A stretch of DNA of 64,000 bases from an uncultured Methylomirabilota bacterium (GTDB lineage Bacteria; Methylomirabilota; Methylomirabilia; Methylomirabilales; 2-02-FULL-66-22): positions 4,608,001-4,672,000 of the forward strand of contig OY970067.1 in assembly GCA_963705305.1 (NCBI GenBank), written 5' to 3'. Both the position numbers and the translations under genes were made by a program. Shown in pieces: positions 17,968 to 27,854 of the stretch. Under the pieces are notes generated by a model. It did no database searches. It was given only the letters and a program-made list of their open reading frames with translations, and was not told the DNA's origin. The first letter of the stretch is position 1. Every line of letters starts with the position of its first letter.

Positions 17968-19818
17968 TCAGGACGGAACGGACGCATCGCTCGCCGGACC
18001 TTGAGGTGAGGCATCTCCCGCCGCGCCGGCCAGCAGCTCGGCCCGCTCAACTAGACTCCGGATCTCATCCAGGCCGCGTTGCCAAAACGCGCGATCGTGA
18101 ATGTCCACCCCCAGGGCCCGCAGAAGGTCCTCGGGCGCAGCGGACCCTCCCGCCTCCAGCAGGCGGAGATACCTGGGTACGAACGCCCTGCCCTCCTCCT
18201 TGTACTGCCGGTACAGCGACAGCACCAGCAGCTCGCCGAAGACGTAGCTGTAACAGTAGAAGCGGGTGTGGATGAAGTGGGGGATATAGGACCACCCCCA
18301 GCGGTATCCATCGGGGATCTCCACGGCATCCCCGTAGTAGGGACGGTTGGTCTCGAGCCATACGGCGGCGACCGCATCCGTCGTGAGCCGTCCCACCCGC
18401 CGCCGGGCGAAGACGGCCTGCTCGAATCGGGTGAGCACATTCTGACGAAACACCGTGGCGCAGCTATCCTCGATCTTCGCGCACACGAGCGCCAGCTGCA
18501 CGCGGGGATTCTCCTGCGCCTCCACCAGATGGTCGAAGAGCAGGAACTCGCCGAACACCGAGGCCGTCTCGGCCAGCGTCAGGGGAGCATCGTAATTGAA
18601 GTAGGTCTGCGGTCGGGACAGCCAGCCGTGCAGCCCGTGTCCCAGCTCGTGGGCCAGCGTCATCACATCCCGGGGATTGTCGGTATAATTGCACAGGATA
18701 TACGGGTGGAGGGCTGGGCTGGGCGAAGCGCAGAACGCCCCGTCCTGCTTCCCCGGCCGGATCTCCGCGTCGATCCACTTCTGGTCGAAAAACCGCCGCG
18801 CGATCTCCTGAAACACCTCCGAGAAGGCCCCGAACGCCTGCAAGATCACCTCTCGCGCCTGGTCGAACGGCAACGACGGCAGCTCTGCGGTCAGCGGGGC
18901 GTACTGATCGTAGAGCGCCAGCCGCGGCAGGCCGAGCAGCCGGGCCTTCAGGCGAAAGTAGCGTTGAGCCGTCTCGTAATTCGCCTCGGTCGCGGCCATC
19001 ATCTGCTCCACCGCTTGGTCGTCGATCTCGTTGCTGAGGTGGCGCTCGGCCATGGGATGGGGGAATCGGCGCAACCGATCCGTGGTCAGCTGATCTTGGA
19101 CCAGCGTGTCGTAGACGAACGTCAGGACGAGATCCTGCCTCGACAGCTCCTGGAACAACGCCTCGTGGGCCCGCCGGCGAATGCCCCGGTCCGGATCGTG
19201 GACCAGTGCCAGCACCTCGCTCAGCGTCAGGCGCTCCTCCTGGCCGTTTCGGCTGAGGGGAAACCTCAAGTCGGCGATGAGCTCCGTGAAGAGCCGTCCG
19301 AAGGCCCGACGGCCGGTGTTGTCCCGCTCGTTAAGGAGCTGCTCCTCCGCCTCGGAAAGGATGTGCGGCCGCATCCTGCGCGCCTGCCGGAGATGGTGGG
19401 CATAGTTGGCCAGGAGGGGATGGCCGGCCAGACGATCGGCCGTCTCGTCCGGAAGCTCCAGCCACTCCAGGTCGAAAAAAAGGACGCGGTTCCCGATGTC
19501 GGTGGCACGCAGCTCGACCCGCTCGCGGAGGTCGCGATAGGCCGGCCGAGCGGTATCCGAGGCGTAGAGCAGCCCGGCATACGCTCCAACCCGCTCGAGG
19601 TCCGCCTGCAGTCCCTCAAGCTCTTGGAGTGCGGACAAGAGGCACTCCGGCGACGGGCCGCCGGTGACTCGAATGCTGTCGCGATATCGGCGGGCGAACG
19701 ATTCGGCCCGCTGCTGGCAGTCTGCTAGAGCGGCCGTGATGTGTGGATCTTCGGGCGAGGCGAACAGGTCGCCGAGATCCCATCGAACCCCGGCAGCACT
19801 TCGAGTCTTGGCAGCCAT
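17968..19818 (-). CDS. pepF: M3 family oligoendopeptidase F
   Basis: WDLGDLF N-terminus, TLAHELGH zinc motif, AETASVFGE, PHFIHTRFYCYSY. Confidence 0.9.
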   Translation of the reverse strand: MAAKTRSAAGVRWDLGDLFASPEDPHITAALADCQQRAESFARRYRDSIRVTGGPSPECLLSALQELEGLQADLERVGAYAGLLYASDTARPAYRDLRERVELRATDIGNRVLFFDLEWLELPDETADRLAGHPLLANYAHHLRQARRMRPHILSEAEEQLLNERDNTGRRAFGRLFTELIADLRFPLSRNGQEERLTLSEVLALVHDPDRGIRRRAHEALFQELSRQDLVLTFVYDTLVQDQLTTDRLRRFPHPMAERHLSNEIDDQAVEQMMAATEANYETAQRYFRLKARLLGLPRLALYDQYAPLTAELPSLPFDQAREVILQAFGAFSEVFQEIARRFFDQKWIDAEIRPGKQDGAFCASPSPALHPYILCNYTDNPRDVMTLAHELGHGLHGWLSRPQTYFNYDAPLTLAETASVFGEFLLFDHLVEAQENPRVQLALVCAKIEDSCATVFRQNVLTRFEQAVFARRRVGRLTTDAVAAVWLETNRPYYGDAVEIPDGYRWGWSYIPHFIHTRFYCYSYVFGELLVLSLYRQYKEEGRAFVPRYLRLLEAGGSAAPEDLLRALGVDIHDRAFWQRGLDEIRSLVERAELLAGAAGDASPQGPASDASVPS

Positions 19819-20179
19819 GCGGCGCTCCTGTTCCGCGAGGTGGAAGCCGGCAGACGCGTCTCCTGCAGCCCGTATCGGATGCCGCGGCCCATTGGCCTGG
19901 ACGGGCGGCGCACCCGCTCCGGGGGCTATTGTAATGGCGGAGACCCCTCTCCGCAATCGGGCCCGGCCCGGACGACCCCATTCCGAAGATATCTCACCGC
20001 CAAGACACCAAGGGAAAATTCGAATTTCGAAATAGAAAGGGGTGCCCTTGGCGTCAGGGCGGTCGAAGCGCTCTATCGGTTCACAGGAGATTCCCGACCC
20101 CCCGGAGCATTCTACCTGCAGTTTCCCGGCAGGGTGTGGTATGGTCTGGTAGCGCGGCCCTAGATGCGGGCCGAGGAGC

Positions 20180-21232
20180 GTGCGCGTGCCGGAGCTGCCT
20201 GGCGAACTGCGGTCCGTGCTCAAGCAGGTCAGTCGCTCTTTTTTTCTGACACTGTCCGTCCTGCCCTCTTCGCTTCGGCTGCCGGTCGGGCTGGCCTATC
20301 TCCTGGCGAGGACGGCCGACACCATTGCGGACACCCGATTGGTCTCCCGGGCGGACCGCCTGGCGCATCTCGATCGCCTGCTGCGGGAAATCGACGGCTC
20401 CGCCCCGTCCCGCGCCGGCGTGATCGGGGATGCGATCGCCGACCGCCAGCCGGTTACGGCCGAGCGCGAGCTATTGCGGTGCCTCCCCCGGAGCCTCGTG
20501 GTCCTTGAGGCGCTGCCCCTCCACGACCGGGCCCACATCCGGGCCCTCCTGCAGACGCTGATTCACGGGATGCAACGGGAATTGCGTATCTTCCCCGGGG
20601 AGGACGAGGGCCGCGTGGTTGCGCTGGAATCCTCTCAGGAGCTTGATCGGCACACCTACTTTGCAGCCGGATGCGTCGGCGAGTTCTGGACGCAGATCGC
20701 CGTGGACCACCGTCCGGCGCTCCGCGCGTGGGACATCCAGCTCATGACCCGCCGGGGCGTTCGCTTCGGTCAGGGGCTGCAGATGACCAACGTGCTCCGG
20801 GACCTCGCCCAGGACCTTCGGATCGGACGGTGCTACCTCCCCCGCGAAGCTCTGGCGACGCTCGGTTTGGCGCCGCCGGATCTCCTGCGTCCTGGCGCCA
20901 TCGATTCCCTCCGGCCTCTGCTGTGGGATCTCCTGGTGGAAACGCTGGAGCTGTATGCGGAGGGGTGGGCCTACCTGATAGCCATTCCGCCCCGCGAAGT
21001 GCGTATGCGCCTCGCGTGCGCCTGGCCGCTGCTCATCGGGCTTCGCACGCTCGAACGCATCGCCGTGGCGGGAGACCTCTTAGAACCGCAGATCCGCGTC
21101 AAGATCCCCCGATCGGCCGTCTACGGGATTCTGGCTCGATCTTCGATCCTTGTCCTTTCGAGCCGGGGGCTGGAGCTCTATTATCGGAAGCACCGGGACC
21201 GGGTGCGCATGCTCGCGGCGGTGGACCGCTGA
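20180..21232 (+). CDS. Squalene/phytoene synthase family protein
   Basis: VSRSF, YLLARTADTIAD, AGCVGEF, LQMTNVLRDLAQD...GRCYLP. Confidence 0.85.
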   Translation: MRVPELPGELRSVLKQVSRSFFLTLSVLPSSLRLPVGLAYLLARTADTIADTRLVSRADRLAHLDRLLREIDGSAPSRAGVIGDAIADRQPVTAERELLRCLPRSLVVLEALPLHDRAHIRALLQTLIHGMQRELRIFPGEDEGRVVALESSQELDRHTYFAAGCVGEFWTQIAVDHRPALRAWDIQLMTRRGVRFGQGLQMTNVLRDLAQDLRIGRCYLPREALATLGLAPPDLLRPGAIDSLRPLLWDLLVETLELYAEGWAYLIAIPPREVRMRLACAWPLLIGLRTLERIAVAGDLLEPQIRVKIPRSAVYGILARSSILVLSSRGLELYYRKHRDRVRMLAAVDR

Positions 21233-21298
21233 CGCCAAAAGCGACGGCGAGGCCGGGAGCGCGCTCACGAGTGGAGGCCGCGGCAGGGCACCAGTCGG

Positions 21299-21721
21299 AT
21301 GGAGGCAGACGTGTGTGCAACTGAGGCATCGCCCAAAATCACCGGAATTTTGGAGACCGTGCTGTACGTCTCCGACATTGATCGCGCCGAGCGCTTCTAC
21401 CTGGAAGTGATGGGGTTGACGCAGATCGGGAAGGAGCCAGGACGACACGTCTTCTTCCGCGTGGGATCCGGGGTGCTGCTGCTGTTCCGCGCGGAGCGGA
21501 CCCGGCGCACCACCAGCCTGCCACCGCACGGGGCCGACGGCGAGATTCACGTCTGCTTTACCGCGTCGCCCCTCGAGTACGAGAGCTGGAAAACACGGAT
21601 TGCAGACCGCGGCATCGCCCTGCTGCAAGAGACCGAGTGGCCGCGGGGCCGCTCCTTCTACTTCCGCGATCCAGACGGAAACCTGCTGGAGATCGCCGAC
21701 GCGGATATTTGGCCGCGCTGA
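21299..21721 (+). CDS. VOC/glyoxalase family protein
   Basis: LETVLYVSDIDRAERFY, HVCF, SFYFRDPDGNLLEI. Confidence 0.85.
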   Translation: MEADVCATEASPKITGILETVLYVSDIDRAERFYLEVMGLTQIGKEPGRHVFFRVGSGVLLLFRAERTRRTTSLPPHGADGEIHVCFTASPLEYESWKTRIADRGIALLQETEWPRGRSFYFRDPDGNLLEIADADIWPR

Positions 21722-21728
21722 TCCGCCC

Positions 21729-22067
21729 ATGCCAGAGCACACCGCCCGCTGTCCCGGCTGCTGCCGCACCTACCCGCGAGACACCCCTGCCTGTCCCGTG
21801 TGCGGACTGGCCCTCCAGCCCGGCCCCGTACGCGTGCCCGAGCCTCCCGCGACCGTTGTGTTCGAAAGCTGGGATCGCGCCTCCGTCGATATCGTCGTAT
21901 CGCTTCTGGGGGCGCACGGACTCGGCTGCCTCGTTCGCGGGACAGCCGGAGATCAGCCTTTCGGCGTCGGTCCGGCGGGTTTCTGGCGGGTGTTTGTCCG
22001 GGCCTCGGACGAGTTCAGGGCCCAAGAGATCCTGGATGCGGAGATCGGCCGGGACGAGGAATCCTGA
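21729..22067 (+). CDS. Zinc-ribbon + DUF2007-like small protein
   Basis: CPGC...CPVCG followed by [11 protein letters not shown]...[15 protein letters not shown]. Confidence 0.6.
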   Translation: MPEHTARCPGCCRTYPRDTPACPVCGLALQPGPVRVPEPPATVVFESWDRASVDIVVSLLGAHGLGCLVRGTAGDQPFGVGPAGFWRVFVRASDEFRAQEILDAEIGRDEES

Positions 22068-22315
22068 CGCTGCAGTCCTGGCGGCCTGGTGAGAACCGGT
22101 CCGGAATTCTCAGGCAAAGGCGCAAAGGGCGCCAAGGGGGGAAAGACGGAGTATCGGGGAAACGGAGCCACGGAGAGAGGGCACGCCCACCTATTCCCCG
22201 GTTCACCGATACCCCGGCTCCCCGGTTCCTCCGTGCAGCGTGCTTGGCGGTCTTTGCGTGTGGCCAGATGTGAAGCTTTCCCGTCTGGCAGGGTGCTGAA
22301 ACACTCGTCTTCGCT

Positions 22316-22441
22316 CAGGCTGCTCAAAAAAGCCCAAATGCAAGGCGCCGCGCGATCCGAGGCGCGAGGCGTACTTACCACGTACGTTGCAGCGCCGCGG
22401 GAGCGCGGCAACGCCGCAGATGGGCCTTTTTCAGCAGCCTG
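22316..22441. mobile_element. MITE-like intergenic repeat, copy 2
   Basis: TIRs CAGGCTGCTCAAAAAAGCCCA / TGGGCCTTTTTCAGCAGCCTG; similar to 3477-3620; possible outer TIR CAGGGTGCTGAAA at 22289. Confidence 0.8.
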
Positions 22442-23732
22442 CTGAACGTCCGCGCGTCGCAGGACCAGGCAGTCGTTGTGGCCCCCGAAGCCGAAGGAGT
22501 TCGAGAGCGCGACGGTCACTGCGGCGGGCCGTGCGCGGCCGGGCACATAGTCCAGGTCGCACAGGGGGTCGGGGGTCTCGTAGTTGATCGTCGGAGGCAG
22601 GACCTGATCGCGAAGCGCCAGGATGCAGGTGATGGCCTCGATGGCGCCGGCGGCGGACACGGTGTGGCCCAGCATGGATTTCGTAGAGCTGACCGGGATC
22701 TGGGCGGCCCGGTCGCCGAAGAAGGTCTTGATGGCGAGGGTTTCCACGCGGTCGTTCATCTGGGTCGAACGTCCCGTGTGCATTGATGTACCCAACGTCC
22801 TCCATGTCGAGGCCGGCGCTTTCGAGCGTGCGCTGCATGGCCAAGACAGCTCCCCTCCCCTCGGGGTCCTCGTCCGTGAGGCGATAGGCATCGCAGGACG
22901 TCCCGTAGCCCGCCAGCTCGCATAAGATCGGCGCCCCTCGCCCTTGGGCCAGATCCATGCGCTCCAGGACGAGCACCCCGCCCCCCTCGCCCAGCACGAA
23001 ACCGTCTCGGTTCGCGTCGAACGGACGACTGGCCCGTTCCGGCTCATCGTTTCGCGTGGAAAGGACGCCCAGCAAGGAGAACATCATCATATGGTCCGGG
23101 GTCACCAGGCACTCCGCCCCTCCGGTGATGGCCCGGTCGATGGCACCGCGTCGAATCGCGCGGTAAGCCTCTCCGATCGCCTGGGCCGAAGACGTGCAGG
23201 CGGTCTGGATGGTGCAGGTGAGCCCCGTCGCCCCGAAACGTTGCGCCAGCGCCGCCGTCGTGTGTTGGGAGAGCAGCCGGTGCAGCTGCCGTCCCCGGAG
23301 CGTTCGGCAGTACGTGTCGAAGAACGCCGCCGGGGCGATCTCCGAGACCCCGGCCGGCCTGGACTGCAGGGCGATGTCTCCGATCCGGCCCATGTCCAGC
23401 TTGTCCCCGTAGGTCCCGAAAATCACGCCGACCCGATCCCCCGCCAGGCTCGAATCCCACCCCGAATTCTGCGAGGCCATCTCGCCGGCGATCAGGGCAA
23501 ACAGCAGGGATCGCGGGACGTCCGGCGGCAGCCCGAGGACATCCCTCCAGCCGGCAAGCATTTCGGCCTCGTGAACGTACGAGGCAATTCTGGCCGGAAG
23601 CCCCGAAGCGTCGAAGTGACGTACGGGCCCGATCCCGGTTTCGCCCGCCCGGCAGGCCTTCCAATACGGCTCGACGCCGATTCCGATGGGGGTGACGATT
23701 CCGATGCCAGTCACCGCGATACGTACAGCCAT
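22442..23732 (-). CDS. fabF: Beta-ketoacyl-ACP synthase II (KS), apparent +1 frameshift at ~22768; stop position uncertain
   Basis: TACTSS (Cys), INAHGT|STQMND split across frames, [14 protein letters not shown]; homology ends at the MITE edge. Confidence 0.85.
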
Positions 23733-23768
23733 TCGCCGCTCACCCCGCCGTGCAACCGCCCACACCCT

Positions 23769-24533
23769 TCAGGCCGTCAGGGTGTACCCCCCATCCACGA
23801 CCAGGATCTGCCCGCGAATCATCTCGGCCTGCGGGCTGACCAGGAAGAGGACCGCCTCTGCGATGTCGGCAGGCATCGTGATCCGGCCGGCCGGGGTTCG
23901 GCGCCGGATCTCCTCCAGCTGGGAATCCACTTCGGGCAGCTGCTGCCAGGAGTCCGTGGCCACCGCACCGCCCGAGACCGCGTTGACGGAGATGCCCTGC
24001 GGGGCCAGCTCGACCGCCAAGTATCGGGTCAACGTCTCGAGCGCGCCCTTGCACGCGCCCATGCCCGCATACTGCGGAATCGCGCGCTGCGAGCCGATGC
24101 TGCTGATCGCCACGATCCTCCCCCGCCGTCCCTGCATCAGGGGTACCGCCGCCTGCGCGCAGAGCAGCAAGGCGCGCGGATGCGTGTTCATCATCCAGTC
24201 CCAATGCTTGGCAGTCAGATCCGGCACCGGCCGGAAGACCGCCGAGGCCGCATTGCTCACCAGGATGTCCAGGCCGCCCCACTGCGCCTCGACCGCGCCG
24301 AACAGCTGTTGGATCTGGGCCGGACTCTTCATGTCGGCCTGCACCAGGTGGGCCCGAGCCCCCTGCCGCCGGATCTCCTCAGCCGTCTTTTCTGCCTCAT
24401 CGCGGTTGACGAAATAATTCACCACCACGTCCGCGCCGGCCGCCGCCAGGCGGAGGGCCACGGCCCGCCCGATGCCCCGCCCGCCCCCCGTCACCACGGC
24501 GACCTGTCCCTCAAGCATGGTGGGAATCTCCAT
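23769..24533 (-). CDS. SDR oxidoreductase, FabL-like enoyl-ACP reductase
   Basis: TGGGRGIG, LVSNAAS, Y-x6-K (YAGMGACK), ALETLTRYLAVELAP. Confidence 0.75.
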   Translation of the reverse strand: MEIPTMLEGQVAVVTGGGRGIGRAVALRLAAAGADVVVNYFVNRDEAEKTAEEIRRQGARAHLVQADMKSPAQIQQLFGAVEAQWGGLDILVSNAASAVFRPVPDLTAKHWDWMMNTHPRALLLCAQAAVPLMQGRRGRIVAISSIGSQRAIPQYAGMGACKGALETLTRYLAVELAPQGISVNAVSGGAVATDSWQQLPEVDSQLEEIRRRTPAGRITMPADIAEAVLFLVSPQAEMIRGQILVVDGGYTLTA

Positions 24534-25032
24534 GGGGGGGGCCGCCGACCTGCGCGTCTTCCTGTCCGGATGGGCCCAGCGGATCGTTGGTGAGAACCTC
24601 CCAGAAGGCCCGCATCCGATCGAGCGCCCGGGCTGCCGCGGGATCCCCGGAGGATTTCACCAGACGGTAGATCAATGTGGCCTGGACCACGGTACGATCG
24701 CCGACGGCCGCCGTGGCGCGCACCTCGGCCTCCCCTTCTGCGGCGGGCCGCATCGCGACGTGGACCTGGAGGGAGTCCCCCGGCTGGACGAAATGCCGGA
24801 ACTTGGCATTGATGACCTGCTCCAGCTTGGGGAGGCTGCGAAACCCGGCACTGCTGGCAAGCAGCAGCCGAGCCGTCTGGTCGCAGGCCTCCAAGATGAG
24901 GCAGCCGGGCATGATCGGTCGGCCCGGGAAATGGTCGGCGAAGAAGTCCTCGCTATTGCTGACGTTCTTGAGGACAACCGCTTCCGCGCCGGGCACGATC
25001 CGCAGGATTCGGTCCACCAAGAGGAAGCGCAC
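24511..25032 (-). CDS. FabZ/FabA-like 3-hydroxyacyl-ACP dehydratase (catalytic His present)
   Basis: FLLVDRI, DHFPGRPIMPGCLILEA, FRHFVQPGD. Confidence 0.85.
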   Translation of the reverse strand: MRFLLVDRILRIVPGAEAVVLKNVSNSEDFFADHFPGRPIMPGCLILEACDQTARLLLASSAGFRSLPKLEQVINAKFRHFVQPGDSLQVHVAMRPAAEGEAEVRATAAVGDRTVVQATLIYRLVKSSGDPAAARALDRMRAFWEVLTNDPLGPSGQEDAQVGGPPHGDSHHA

Positions 25033-25055
25033 GGCCGCTCCGCCGGGAGTCCCCG

Positions 25056-25670
25056 TCAGTTCGGGTGCAGGCGCGGGCCCAGTTTCCCGCAGATGAAGGA
25101 GACCAAGGTTCCGAAGGTCAAGAGATCCAGCGTCCGCTCGGTGATGCGCCGCGTCCCCAAATTTGACCGCATGATGGTCAGGAGGTCCTCCCGGTCCCCA
25201 TCCGATACATCGAAGCCGATCCCGGCGAACTCCTTCAGCAGCCGGCGCAGAAGCTCCTGGCCGATCTCGTCAACGGCTGTTCCATCGACCGGGATCCCCT
25301 GCGTCGTCCGGAAGTGATCCAGGACCTTTTCGAGGCCGCCCCCCTCCAGCGGGCGCAGCTCCTCGGGGGATGTCCGGACACCGTACCGCTCCGTCAACAG
25401 GCCGCTCAGGGCCGGAAGAACCAGGGACCCCCAGGCGATGATGCGATCCCGAATTTCGGCCGCCTGGATATTCACCCCGAAGACCTGCTGGATCTGGAAG
25501 CTCATGTCCAGAAAGTCGATCGACTCGGCCCCCAGATCCCGCACCAAGGAGGCGGAAGGGGTCACCTCGTCCGGCTGAATTCCCAGGGACTCTACCAGGA
25601 TGGCGCGCAGCTCTTCCTCGACCTCGGCCCGGCGCCATACCCGACTTTGCTCTTCTTCTTTCTGGATCAT
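25056..25670 (-). CDS. Expanded acyl carrier protein (204 aa)
   Basis: ASLVRDLGAESIDFLD phosphopantetheine site; C-terminal LLTFGTLVSFI resembles helix IV; GGAGG RBS. Confidence 0.8.
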   Translation of the reverse strand: MIQKEEEQSRVWRRAEVEEELRAILVESLGIQPDEVTPSASLVRDLGAESIDFLDMSFQIQQVFGVNIQAAEIRDRIIAWGSLVLPALSGLLTERYGVRTSPEELRPLEGGGLEKVLDHFRTTQGIPVDGTAVDEIGQELLRRLLKEFAGIGFDVSDGDREDLLTIMRSNLGTRRITERTLDLLTFGTLVSFICGKLGPRLHPN

Positions 25671-25741
25671 CGGTGCCTCCCTGACTACGATACTCGTGCA
25701 CATCCGGGCAGACGGACGACCGAAGAGGCTCCCACCGCCTG

Positions 25742-26488
25742 CTACACCAGCCCCCCGTCGACCGAAAATACCTGGCCGGTGATGTACGCGGCATACTCCG
25801 ATGCCAGGAACACCACCAGAGGCGCGACATCTTCCGGACGGCCGATCCGGCGGACGGGGACGCGATCGCGAATCATCTCCTCGGCGTACGGCGCCACCCT
25901 GCGGCTCATGTCCGTCTCGATGAGTCCGGGGGCAACGGCATTCACGGTGACCCCTTTGGGGCCCAACTCCGTCGCCATCACCCTGGTGAGCCCGTTGACG
26001 GCGGCCTTGGCTGCGGCATAATTCCCCTGCCCCTTGTTGCCGCGCCAGGCGCTCACGGAGCTTACGTTGATGATCCGGCCCCATTTCTTTCGCATCATAT
26101 GCGGGGCGGCCAGCCGCGAGCAATGGAAAACTCCGGACAGGTTGGTATCCAGAACCGACCGCCAATCCTCCGCGGACATTTCGGGGACCAGAGCGTCCCG
26201 GACGATGCCGGCGTTATTGACCAGAACATCCAGGCGAGTGTGCCGTCGGACTACCTCCGCGATCATGGCCGAGACCTCTTGCTCGTCTCGGATGTCCGTT
26301 TGCCAGACCCAGGCTGCCCCCCCTTTTCCTTCGATCTCGGCCACGACCGATGCGGCGGCGGCGTTTTCCTGATGGTAGTTCACCACGACCGAGGCCCCGG
26401 CCCCGGCCAAGCCCCTGGCGATCGCGGCACCGATTCCACGCGACGCCCCGGTCACCAGAGCCACTTTTCCGCTCAAATCGACGCGCAC
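25742..26488 (-). CDS. fabG: 3-oxoacyl-ACP reductase (FabG-like)
   Basis: [34 protein letters not shown]. Confidence 0.9.
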   Translation of the reverse strand: MRVDLSGKVALVTGASRGIGAAIARGLAGAGASVVVNYHQENAAAASVVAEIEGKGGAAWVWQTDIRDEQEVSAMIAEVVRRHTRLDVLVNNAGIVRDALVPEMSAEDWRSVLDTNLSGVFHCSRLAAPHMMRKKWGRIINVSSVSAWRGNKGQGNYAAAKAAVNGLTRVMATELGPKGVTVNAVAPGLIETDMSRRVAPYAEEMIRDRVPVRRIGRPEDVAPLVVFLASEYAAYITGQVFSVDGGLV

Positions 26489-26531
26489 TATCCCTCCACA
26501 CGGCCCCTGGCCGGATGACATCCCATTCGGC

Positions 26532-27818
26532 CTACGCGGATCGGGTGACCACGACCGATGCCGCCTCTCCAAAAGCGCCCAGGGCGTTCACCAACGCGGT
26601 GCGGAGCCCCGGACGGGGTTCGGCCGACCGGCCGGAGAGCCGCAGGCCGCATTCGGGGTCGCGATCGTCGCAGGATGGGCTCGGCGGAAGAATTCCGTGC
26701 TCCAGGGCCACGAGGGCGGTGACGACATCGAGGGGGGCCGCCGCGGACACCAGACTCCCGTGGGCACCCTTGGTGGCGAACACGGCGGGGCTCCCGGGCT
26801 GCAAGCCTGCGATGTCGCAGATGGCGCCGCTCTCCGCCCAGTCGTTCACCCGGGTGGAATCCCCGTTGGCGGAGATCAAATCCACCCCGTTCACGCCGCC
26901 GTCGTCCAGCGCCCGCCGCATGGCGGACCGGCTGCTCTGGAGCACTCGCTCCCGCGTCCCGTCTCCGACAGCCGCACCAAAGCCGGTCACCTCTCCCCGC
27001 TGGCGTGCCCCGCGCCGGCAGGCGTGCTCATACGCCTCGAGAATCAGGATGGCCGCACCCTCACCGACCACCAGGCCGCGCCGCTCCCGGCCGAATGGAC
27101 GACAGGTGCGCTGCGGGATCTGGTCCGGATCGGCCAGAAGCCCGGTGGCGCACAGATCGGCAAACACGAGGTCGTCCAGCGGAGCCTCCGTCCCTCCGCA
27201 GACGACCAGGTCCGCATGGCCTTCGCGGATCGCGGTCATGGCCTGGCCGATGGCATTCATGCCTCCAGTCCAGCCGTCTGCCACCGTCCGGCACAGCCCC
27301 CGGAGACCAAAGTGGATGGCAATATGGCCGGCCGTGAGGTTGGGCACGATCTTCAGCGACATGTCCAGAGGGTTGACCGATTTCATGGCGCTGCCGAGCG
27401 CCCGCCCCAAGTTCACCCGCTCCGGATTCTCCGCCGACTCCAGACCGGGCAGCAGTCGCAGGATCGTCTGGACGGGATACGGGATGAAGAGCGTGGCGAG
27501 AATCACCCCGGCCCGCGTCGGGTCCTCCACGGGGGCCGCGAGTCCGGCATCCTCCGCCGCCAGGAGCGCCGCGATCATCGCAAAGACGGTGGCTCGGTTG
27601 TACAGCTTGATTTGTTTGCGCGGGAGACGGGAGAGGCAGGCGGCCAGCTCATCCGCCGGAGCCTCTGCGGCAACATCAACGGGGAATCCCAGCGAAGATA
27701 ATCGCTGGAGGCGCGTGACGGCCGCCCGCCCCTCGAGGAGGCCCTCCCAGTGTCTGGAGGTGCCGATCCCCAGAGGCGATACGACCCCCATGCCGGTCAC
27801 CACTACCCGCCTGGACAT
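26532..27818 (-). CDS. Non-catalytic ketosynthase (chain-length-factor-like)
   Basis: KS fold ([23 protein letters not shown]) with the C-H-H triad replaced: DGWTGG, ANGDST, HGSLVS. Confidence 0.8.
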   Translation of the reverse strand: MSRRVVVTGMGVVSPLGIGTSRHWEGLLEGRAAVTRLQRLSSLGFPVDVAAEAPADELAACLSRLPRKQIKLYNRATVFAMIAALLAAEDAGLAAPVEDPTRAGVILATLFIPYPVQTILRLLPGLESAENPERVNLGRALGSAMKSVNPLDMSLKIVPNLTAGHIAIHFGLRGLCRTVADGWTGGMNAIGQAMTAIREGHADLVVCGGTEAPLDDLVFADLCATGLLADPDQIPQRTCRPFGRERRGLVVGEGAAILILEAYEHACRRGARQRGEVTGFGAAVGDGTRERVLQSSRSAMRRALDDGGVNGVDLISANGDSTRVNDWAESGAICDIAGLQPGSPAVFATKGAHGSLVSAAAPLDVVTALVALEHGILPPSPSCDDRDPECGLRLSGRSAEPRPGLRTALVNALGAFGEAASVVVTRSA

Positions 27819-27854
27819 TTTGCCGTAACCGCCCACCCCGACGAAGCCTCCCGA

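Noticed and set aside
17827..18009. Short plus-strand ORF after TTGACA-N18-TACTCA, between ntrB and pepF
   Set aside because: No recognisable homology and it overlaps the pepF 3' end; cannot be supported as a gene.
20015..20032. AAATTCGAATTT palindrome between pepF and the squalene synthase-like gene
   Set aside because: Plausible operator, but a single short occurrence with no regulator nearby.
22431..23732. Programmed frameshifting or true pseudogene status for fabF and the SBP
   Set aside because: No slippery heptamer at either site; the shared GACGTC context favours a systematic sequencing error, though this is unproven.
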